64,000 bases of DNA from Eledone cirrhosa (taxonomy: Eukaryota). The DNA lies in the NCBI GenBank assembly GCA_964016885.1, contig OZ024756.1, forward strand, positions 12,028,001 through 12,092,000, given 5' to 3'. This document shows positions 54,193-64,000 of the stretch, piece after piece. The stretch's first letter is position 1. The number at the start of each line of letters is the position of its first letter. Position numbers and translations under genes: made by a program. The notes below the pieces were generated by a model that was given only the letters and a program-made list of their open reading frames with translations, did no database searches and was not told where the DNA came from.

Positions 54193-55503
54193 TAATATAT
54201 ATATAAACATATAGTCCAATCCATGCAAGCGTGGAAAGGCAGACATAATGATGATGATGATGATATATATATGTCATTGAGATATTGATATACCCATGTT
54301 TTATGATAGGATTAGGAGTATTAAGACACCCAAGAGATCTACAATGAGATACAACCATAACATGGGTGGTCAACTCTTCATGTGTTAGATGTACCAGCTC
54401 ACACTTGGATGTTTATAGTAGCTGTGTCTTTGAGGACTTATCTGCAGGCGTAAACCATAACAGCAGCAGCTTCTGTTCCATTGCAGCAGCTGTTTTTGTC
54501 ATCAGTAGACTTATGACAGAGAACCTATTGACTAAGACTTTAGAATGGATCTACTGGTTTACTATTTCAGATTTGAGTTTCCCAAGTACGAGTCATGATC
54601 GTCTTCGTTTAACGTCCATCTTCCACGACGCTAGCATGGGTTAGACGGGAGTTGTCCCACTCGAGGCAAGGTTGGTCGGGTGACCGTGTCTCGCTCATAT
54701 AGGACTATCTGGCAGGTTTTCTACGGCTGGATGCCCTTCCTAACACCAACCACATTTACAGTGTAGAACTGGGAACATTTTACTGTGTTACCTACACGAC
54801 CACATTACAGCGTGGACTGTGTGTGTTTTTTTTTTGTCGTGACACCTACACGATCTCATCTGGGAAAGGACAATGTCTATGGCTCTTTTCAGATTCTTCG
54901 ACACACTAAACCAGAGACTTGCCCTGAGTGCTTGTAACAGAATGAACCCTGCTGAAGACAGATGGTAGTGGTATTAAACCAGATGACAGGGTAACTCTCT
55001 CACCCAAGATTTACTCAACTACATCTCTAAAAGTTAACTCACCTCATACCAATCAGTGAAACCATTATTCTATTGAGCCCCACCATCAGTAATTATGATG
55101 TTGTTAAATAGCAAGTTGTCTCTAAGTGCCCCTATAAAAAAATGATTTTCACAGGTTTACATTTTTCTTTGTTTATAAACTTTTACAATACCATGGGAAC
55201 TCCAGAAATTATTGTAATTAAATTGATTTGTCATAATAAATTTTCCTACGAGTTTGTAATTTTATCTTGTTTCTTCTTCTTCATTGTGAAGGCCTGTAGC
55301 ATAGTTGTTAGGGGGTTGGACCCAGGTCCGTAAGGTTGTGGGTTTGATTCCTAGACATGGCAGCGCATTGTGTTCTTGAGCAAAACACTTCTTTCATATT
55401 GCTTTTCATGATACATCTGTGGTTCCTTATTAAAATATCCAAGAAACCTCAAAAGTGATGCAACTTTATATGGGCTATAAATTTCATTTCTTTTTCATTG
55501 CAG

Positions 55504-57832
55504 GACTCTTGTGAAACAGAAAACCAAGTCAGTGAACCTGCTGATATTGACTCTGGCTCCAGTCGAAGAAGTCCTTTGAAAAACATGCGTTATGATTCTG
55601 CTGAAAAACTTTCATCCAAACTTGCATATGAAAAGTCACCAGACTCCATGTATCCTTCATACAAAGACAGAATGAATGTGAAGAACTCTACCAATGAACC
55701 AGAATCCGGTCTAGCTGCTCTAGACCGCATTGAAGCTAACACACTTCGAGAACTAGAAGATCTTGGTCGATATCCCAGTTCTACATCATCTTCTACCAAG
55801 AACTGTGGTTTCACTAATGCCGATATTTCTCGAAAACCTCTCCAGCCCCATTCTAACCCCTCATGTAGTGACCAGACTGACCCGGACATTGAAATTATCG
55901 ACATCAAACAGTCTGATTCTCCATTTCGGTGTAATGTGTCTCGACGAAATAACAGGGACAAGGAACGAGCATATAAATCTGTTATTGAGAACCCCCGGAC
56001 TTATGACAGGAACAATAGTGATAGTAGTAGTAGTAGCATGGTTGTTGAGAGTTCCCAGCCCCAAAATACAGATGTCATTGAGTGTACAAATATTGTCCCC
56101 AAAAAAGAATATGACTACCATCAGGTAAGTTGCTCTTTCCCCAAAAATGCTCCAATCAGTGGCATTCGGCCTATGCTGCCTGACCAGAGTGTTGATAACA
56201 ACACTTCACAACTTCCCATTATCATTGATGACGATGACACAATTCAATCTGACCATCGTTCTTCACAAATCGACTCACATTTTCACAACCAACGATCCAT
56301 CGAAGCCACAAGCCATCCTCATGATTCCTTTGTGCGGACTCATTATGGTCAGACACTTAAAATAAAAGACTCTGAAGATGTTGTCTCATCTAACGTTGAT
56401 CAACACCATATATTTAATTTGGACAACAGCAACAACCGACAGCAGCCAGTGGCCAGAGTTTTACCTGCCGATGGCCATACTGGTGGATTACATAAAGATG
56501 TCAACATTCCAGTTACTATAGATAGTTTGCTAGGGACCAACAATCCTTCAGCTAGCTTGCTGAGTCAACCTAGTTATGTGGACATCAGCCAGCTGAACAA
56601 ACGAAAGCTAGAGCTAGCACCATCAAACCAACAGCCCTCCCAGAAAAAGGTCTGTGATGAAGCAAATGTTTCTGTCAACATTTCCAACTTACCAAAAGTA
56701 ATGGAAGGGACCTTCCATATAAAAAACCCCAATATCACCCCTGTGTCTGGCTTTTCTCAGCAAGTCTCTTGTAATATGAACTCTGACAGTTCAAGTGAGT
56801 TGAGTTTAGTCACCAAATTTGAGTTCAAAATTGGCATGGACAATAAAGTTGTCTCGAAGGCAGGTCTTGTTGGTGACCACAACTTGGTGGCTATTACGGA
56901 TGAAAGTCAGAGTGGGGTGGCTTCAACATGCCGCATTGAAGAAGTAGTCCCAACAGCCGAACCACCGAGTGTGGTTCCTTCATCAGCTGACGTACGAGTC
57001 GAGGCAGACACAACGGTGTCAGAACATCAACTGTCCCTTTCTAAACCTCACGCTGCATCAACATTAGATTCTACGATTTTAGAGTCACAGAGTTGCCGTC
57101 CAATGGATATGTCTGACATACAACAACTTGTTGGCTCAACTGGCATTGACAAAGCTTTGATGCCTCCTTCATTTGTAGGTAATTCTCATGCAAGCACCAT
57201 AATAAAACCACCACCACCACCACATCTAACATTGTCTCCATCACCACCCGTATTTACACATCCCTCCGTCAGAACACAATACAATGATACCACTGTACAG
57301 AACTCCCCGACAAACTCTGACAACAATAACAACAGCAACACAAACACAGCCAACAACAACAGCAGCAACAACAGCTCCACTACAACTCACAGGTCACATG
57401 TAGTAGAAGGAGCTTCTACTACAAGTTCTGTTGTGGTGGCCATGCCAGATTCTCATAGTGCATCGTCAACCAACTCTAGTAGCAACTGGAAGCATGATCT
57501 CAACATTGATGCACCAATGGAATCTGGCGATCAACAAGAACAACAGCAGATACATGTGAAGCTGGAGAAATCCGAGCCAGACACCAAACACTCTATCAAA
57601 GAAGAAAATGATCTCTCTTCTGCTAATCCTGATACCAACAGCTCTTCAGACACATATTCTGATTCACAGACACAGTATGCATGCATCTCTTCTGGTGCCA
57701 CAACGGCAGACAGAGAAAATGACCAATCTGAAGATAAAAGTATTTTTCTAGATGATAGAAAGTCAGAAAGTCAATCGACAGGAGCTTTGCCATCATTGGA
57801 ACCCGAAGTTTCTAGAGAACCTTCAAATTTAG
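55504..57832 (+). CDS. Host gene 2.3-kb exon encoding a Ser/Asp/Asn/Pro-rich disordered region
   Basis: Non-repetitive ORF of 776 codons plus 1 nt. Acceptor tttttcattgcAG, donor G|GTGAGA. Phase 0 start matches the previous exon. The gene continues beyond this exon. Confidence 0.9.
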
Positions 57833-57966
57833 GTGAGAGTTTCATATTTGTTTCTTTACTTTTGTTGTTTGTTGTTAAATTATTTTGCATGAGAGTATGG
57901 GTTGTGTAGGTTTACAAATTCTCAGGTTGGCATGAGTTCTTGTATGTTCAAACCCAGCATTCATTG

Positions 57967-58033
<67 letters not shown>

Positions 58034-58674
58034 CTACCTCTCGCTCTCTAAATATATATATATACCTTGCCTCAAGTGAGACAATTCCCGTCTGACCCAT
58101 GCTAGCGTGGAAGATAGATGTTAAACGATAATGATGATACATACATACTAGGAAATAGTGTTTCATTTGAAAGCTACCACAAAGGAACAGTAAATATTAA
58201 AACTATGATGATATTGATGTTGAGATGTTATCTTGTAGTTCTTTATAGGTCCTTTATATTTCGGCAGAAAATCCCTTCATCAAAAGATTAATAGAAAAAG
58301 TTAGTTCAGAGCTCTGTGTGTATATATAATAATGTTTCTATTTTTGGCACAAGGCCAGCAATTATCCCAGTGCATTACGGGTACTTTATTTTATCGACCC
58401 CGTAAGGATGAAAGGCAAAGTTAACCTCAGCAGAATTTGAACTCAGACCGTAAAGGGGAGTAACTCTTTGCTGCAAAGCATGGCGTCCAACTCTCTACCG
58501 ATACTGCCAATCCACCGCCCAAATAATAATAGTAATAATAATAATAATAATAACCGAAGTTGAAGCTGCAAGTAGCAAGTTCGCAATCGATTTTTCGAGG
58601 CCGTTACGAAGCACTCACTGAAAGAGAAATCAATAAATTAATCCTTAGAGTAATCAGCATAAGTTAGGTAATCA

Positions 58675-59752
58675 TCACCGTTTTACGTCCGTTCTTCCAC
58701 GCTAGCATGGGTTAGACGGGTTGTCCTGTTGTGGGCAGTGTCTGGTTGGCTGACCATGCCTTGCTCATACAGGAACTGATTTGGCTTGATTTCTACAGCT
58801 GGATGCCCTTCCTAACACCAACCTCAGTTACAGTGAGTGCTGGGTGCTTTTTCATGGCGCCTACACGCCCACTTTACAGTGTGGGCTGGGTGCTTTTTTG
58901 CCGCGGCACCTCCACGACCACCTTGCAGTGGGAGGGTGTGGGGGCATATTGTCTATATGCTTCAGCTTGTACCCATGGGAGGTCGGGTAGTCTGTATTAC
59001 TGCGTGACGCCAGAGGTCACGGTCGTGTGTCATCGCCTTTGAGAGGTGTAATTGGGTAAGGTCGGCTTTTATCACCTCAATCCAGGTCATCTTGGGTCTC
59101 CCCACTCCGCGGTTTCCATCGACTTCTAGTGCTCTGCACCTTTTTATGCAGCTGTCATCCTTCATACGCATCACATGTCCATACCAACGCAACCGCCTAT
59201 CCTGCACACAGTATTTGATTCCTCTTATGCTCAGTCTCTCTCTCAATTCATTTATGCTTTGTCGTTCACGTATATTACTGTTACACATCCATCGGAGCAT
59301 GCAGGCTTTGTTTCTCTCTAATCTACGTAAGTCTTCCAACTTCAGCGCCCAGGTCTCACTACCATGCAACATCGCTGTTCGGATACACGCATCATACAGT
59401 CTGCCTTTCATTTTGAAGGAGAAGCCTTTTGCAGCTAGCAGTGGTAGTAGTTCCCTAAACTTCTTCCATCCCGTTCTTACCCTAGTTATTGTACTTTCTG
59501 AACACCCACCTCCGCTGCTAATTCGGTCACCTAGGTAGCAGAAGCTGTCTACTGTTTCTACAGAGCCCTCCCAGAGATTGGTGGTACTTGTTTCCTGTGG
59601 CTGTTTGCTGCTTGCTGTCCCAGCACAGCTGCTGCATGTGAAGCCTACATTCTTAATTAAGCTTCCTGAGATCCCGCTACATCTCTTGTGTACCCATTGT
59701 TTGCATTTGGGGCAGAGAATGGAGTTCCTACCTACACCTTTCCTACATACTG
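58675..59752 (-). mobile_element. 5'-truncated RTE LINE, same family as 24285-24992
   Basis: KGRLYDACIRTAMLHGSETW...RRLRWYGHV, upstream GVGRNSILCPKCKQWVHKRCSG and FCYLGD, same 3' UTR. Confidence 0.9.
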
Positions 59753-60062
59753 TAATGTATATGAATATATATATATATAAGATAACAAGATATTGTTTAA
59801 GGTAATCCAGCTAGAGGTTATGAGTACTCTGTATCGAGGATAGTTTTAACATTCGGCGTTGTTTGACTCATGTACACAGATCAGTATTCTTATGATTTGG
59901 TCGAGTATCAACTATAATTAAAATTGAGTGACATGACTTCTAACGATCAGCAATTTTTAGACACACTGGACTAATAAAACAATTGTTAATACTTTAAATA
60001 AACCCTATTGTACAGCCGACCATGTTATTCTTCCCTTTTTACTATATATATATATATACACA

Positions 60063-60161
60063 CAGGGTGTCCCAAAAATGTATACACACTTTGATTACCT
60101 GTTCAGGCAATATTTATTAAAATGCTGTTGAAATGTGTATACAATTTTTTGGGACATACTG
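60063..60161. mobile_element. 99-bp Tc1/mariner-type MITE
   Basis: TIR cagggtgtcccaaaaatgtatacac / gtgtatacaattttttgggacatactg in a TA context. Confidence 0.8.
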
Positions 60162-60175
60162 TATATATATATATA

Positions 60176-61018
60176 GAAGTAGTTCCACAACAGTTCACGA
60201 TACTGAGAACAAATGTTTCACCTTATGCGGATCTTCAGTTCATTCTGAATGAAGTTGTACAGAAAAGGAAAAACAACCGTACAGAATCACATGCACAGAA
60301 ACGGTCACTTCTCCTCGGCGAGGTAATCCCACGATCGATCGATGTAAGGGAGATAACTGTGGATGCCTGGAATAAAATTTTTCAAGTTATTCAGGATATT
60401 AGATTGTTGACATTAGTCAATCTGGAGCATTGTAATTAAGTAATAGGTGTTTCCAGACATATGGACGTGAAAAAAGTTCATTACTTGAATTTAAGCAATC
60501 GTTATTACGTAAACTTCTCAGGATATTGATTTTTTCTTCAATGCACAGCCCACAAGACAGATTTCCCCCTGTGTATGGCTTGGACTTAGTAATAGCTTTC
60601 CATTGGATGGAATAGTCTATGCCTGAGTCTTTGAGGGACCATCCATGGCTCGCGAGATTCATGGACGATCGTTTGTCCAGGTATCTAAAGGTTAACTGAT
60701 GGTTCAGGAAGCGTTCCTTAAACCTGCCCTCCGCCATACCTATATTGGAAAAACTTTATTCCGGACATCCACGGTTATCTCCCTTACATTGATCATGGGA
60801 TTACCTCGCCCAGAAGAAGTGACCGTTTCTGTGCATGCGTGTTCATACAGTTGTTTTTCCTTTTCCATACAACTTCATTCAGACCGAGCTGAAGATCCGC
60901 ATAAGGTGAAACATTTGTTCTCGGTATCGTGAACTGTTGTGGAACTACTTCTACTAAACTTGTCCCATGGACTGAGTGCTCTAATACTATGGATATAACC
61001 CTTCAGTGTTCTACTATT
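60176..61018 (-). mobile_element. 5'-truncated Penelope-like element: GIY-YIG C-terminus between inverted pseudo-LTRs with hammerheads
   Basis: ORF 60417-60737 (FKERFLNH..F...W.LK...IQWK...PY...CGLCIEEK..I...LN..NE). Inverted repeat 60176-60386 and 60745-60953. Confidence 0.88.
60883..60925 (+). ncRNA. Hammerhead ribozyme; mirror copy at 60202-60244 (-)
   Basis: accgag-CTGAAGA-t-cc-gcataa-gg-t-GAAA-catttg-TT-ctcggt. Stem II is short. Confidence 0.7.
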
Positions 61019-61489
61019 ATATATTTCTTTTCAATGGCTGACAATACCTTACCGGCGCCACTCGAATAAGGTAGTTATTTAACCCATAAATGGAGCCCTA
61101 ACAGGTACTACCACCCCGGGCCAGGGTAGACCTGGGAGTCATGACAACTAAGGGGTAACTCCACATTCCTCACATCTCCTGAACTCCCGAACTGGAGCCT
61201 TGCCACTGGATGTAGTTTAATGTCATACCCAGGACATCTATTATATATATATAAAACATGGGCGGAGGTGGTGAGAGCAGACCTCAGATCGCTGAAGCTC
61301 ACGGTGGAGATGACGAAGGACCGTGACAAGTGGAGAGATGCTGTGCTGAATAAGGCCCGTCCCACCCTTGCAAGCAGGGAAAAGCGGACGTAAAATGATG
61401 ATGATGTTATGTGTATATACTAATTTGAAATGTGTCTCTGCCAATGTAAATGACCATAATAATAGTCAATCACTATAATAGCTGAGAAA

Positions 61490-61672
61490 GTAGCCACAGA
61501 GATGTAGGGGCCACTGTCTACATGGCTATTTAGCCACAGGGGCCACTGTCTACAGGGGTATTTAGCCACAGAGATGCAGGGGCCACTGTCTACAGGGGTA
61601 TTTAGCCACAGAGATGCAGGGGCCACTGTCTACAGGGGTATTTAGCCACAGGGATGCAGGGGCCACTGTCTA
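61490..61672. repeat. 40-bp tandem repeat (about 4.5 copies)
   Basis: Unit tagccacagagatgcaggggccactgtctacaggggtatt. Confidence 0.9.
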
Positions 61673-61739
61673 TTTGCATTGGGACAACTACTTTTGAAAT
61701 TTCAAACTTCTGCAATGGTTAAGTCAACAGTTGTATATT

Positions 61740-63059
61740 CACACATACACACACTGAGACTCAGGCTCACATACACACACACTCACAGACACACTGAGAC
61801 TCAGGCTCACATACATACACACTCACAGACACACTGAGACTCAGGCTCACAGACACACTGAGACTCAGGCTCACATACACACACACTCACAGACACACTG
61901 AGACTCACGCTCACATACACACACACTCACAGACACACTGAGACTCACGCTCACATACATACACACTCACAGACACACTGAGACTCAGGCTCACATACAC
62001 ACACACTCACAGACACACTGAGACTCAGGCTCACATACACACACACTCACAGACACACTGAGACTCGGGCTCACATACATACACACACACACACTGAGAC
62101 TCAGGCTCACATACACACACACTCACAGACACACTGAGACTCAGGCTCACATACACACACACTCACAGACACACTGAGACTCAGGCTCACATACACACAC
62201 ACACACTGAGACTCAGGCTCACATACATACACACACACACTGAGACTCAGGCTCACACACACACACACACACACACTGAGACTCAGGCTCACACACACAC
62301 TGAGTCTCAGGCTCACACACACTGAGACTCAAGCTCACACACACACACTGAGACTCAGACTCACATACACACACACACACACTGAGACTCAGGCTCACAT
62401 ACATACACACACACACTGAGACTCAGGCTCACATACACACACACACTGAGACTCAGGCTCACACACACACACACTGAGACTCAGGCTCACACACACAGAC
62501 ACACTGAGACTCAGGCGCACACACAGACACACTGAGACTCAGGCTCTCACACACACACACTGAAACTCAGGCTCACACACACACACTGAGACTCAAGCTC
62601 ACACACACACACTGAGACTCAGACTCACATACACACACACACACTGAGACTCACTCACATACATACACACACACTGAGACTCGGGCTCACATACACACAC
62701 ACACACAGAGACTCAGGCTCACATACACACACACACAGAGACTCAGGCTCACATACACACACACACACACACACAGAGACTCAGGCTCACATACACACAC
62801 ACACACACACTGAGACTCAGGCTCACATACACACACACACACACACACTGAGACTCAGGCTCACACACACACACACACACACAGAGAGACTCAGGCTCAC
62901 ATACACACACACACACTGAGACTCAGGCTCACATACACACACACACACACACAGAGACTCAGGCTCACATACACACACTGAGACTCAGGCTCACACACAC
63001 ACACACACACACTGAGACTCAGGCTCACACACACACACACACACACACTGAGACTCAGG

Positions 63060-63110
<51 letters not shown>
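61740..63110. repeat. Composite satellite: ctgagactcaggctca core alternating with variable (CA)n
   Basis: About 40 units seen directly. Confidence 0.92.
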
Positions 63111-63115
<5 letters not shown>

Positions 63116-63223
63116 CAATGAACCAACACAATTATTTCTGAGGCACTTTTCTTCCATGTTGCCATTTATAACTTCCTGATATTGTCTTTATTGTCAAAAA
63201 TATCCAGTGGCCATTGATATATA

Positions 63224-63294
<71 letters not shown>

Positions 63295-63519
63295 TCATCA
63301 TCACCATTTTACGTCCGTTCTTCCATGCTAATGTAAGGTTAGATGGAGGTACATGGCTTAGTGGTTAGAGCATTGGCCTTGCAATCGATAGGTTGTGAGT
63401 TCAATTCTCAGACCGGGTGATGTGTTGTTTCCTTGAGTAAGACACTTTATTTCACATTGCTCCAGTTTACTCAGCTGTAGAAATGAGATGATAGGACTGG
63501 GGTCCCTATCATTCCACTG

Positions 63520-63777
63520 CAAAGTGGTCGTGGAGGTGCCACGGCAAAAAAGCACCCAGCACTCACTGTAAAGTGGTTGTGGAGGTGCCACGGCAAAAAA
63601 GAGCACCCAGCACTCACTGTAAAGTGGTTGTGGAGGTGCCACGGCAAAAAAGAGCACCCAGCACTCACTGTAAAGTGGTTGTGGATGTGCCACGGCAAAA
63701 AAGAGCACCCAGCACTCACTGTAAAGTGGTTGTGGAGGTGCCACGGCAAAAAAGAGCACCCAGCACTCACTGTAAAT
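63520..63777 (+). repeat. 51-bp unit amplified 5 times inside a family A SINE
   Basis: Unit gtggttgtggaggtgccacggcaaaaaagagcacccagcactcactgtaaa. Confidence 0.9.
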
Positions 63778-64000
63778 GAGGTTGGTGTTAGGAAGGGCAT
63801 CCAGCTGTAGAAATCAAGCCAGAATCAGTTCCCGTCCCACCCTTGCAAGCAGGGAAAAGCGGACATAAAATGAAATGATGATGATGATGATGATTGATAA
63901 CATCCAATGGCCTCTGTTGTATATACTTTTCTTACATTTCTGTAAATATTTCCATTATTTTAAATTGTTTACCACATTTTCTGTTTTATTTATCAAAGTA

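Noticed and set aside
61740-63110. CRISPR-like repeat with variable spacers
   Set aside because: The spacers are only (CA)n variants, there are no cas genes, and the context is eukaryotic.

Overview
AT-rich, microsatellite-saturated animal DNA. The SINE/RTE repertoire suggests an octopod cephalopod (inference). The window is mostly intron of one + strand host gene with four phase-compatible exons (10473-10582, 31735-31785, 53225-53338, 55504-57832). They encode the end of an FHA domain resembling TCF19, then a long disordered region. The rest is transposon-derived: an internally deleted piggyBac and its MITEs, a DD37D (maT) Tc1/mariner with an intact ORF, RTE and R4/Dong LINE relics, several tRNA-SINE families, Penelope-like (PLE) RT/GIY-YIG fragments, and many minisatellites grown from pieces of these elements. 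The main hidden signal is about 14 minimal type I hammerhead ribozymes with intact cores plus about 6 variant or decayed ones, from many sequence families. They sit in short non-coding cassettes, mostly inserted in (TA)n tracts and often with a head-to-head fold-back structure. One cassette is a near-perfect 470-bp tandem with one ribozyme per unit, a retrozyme-like circular-RNA precursor. All motifs were read by eye; no searches or folding were run. Most ORFs in the supplied track are microsatellite artefacts.
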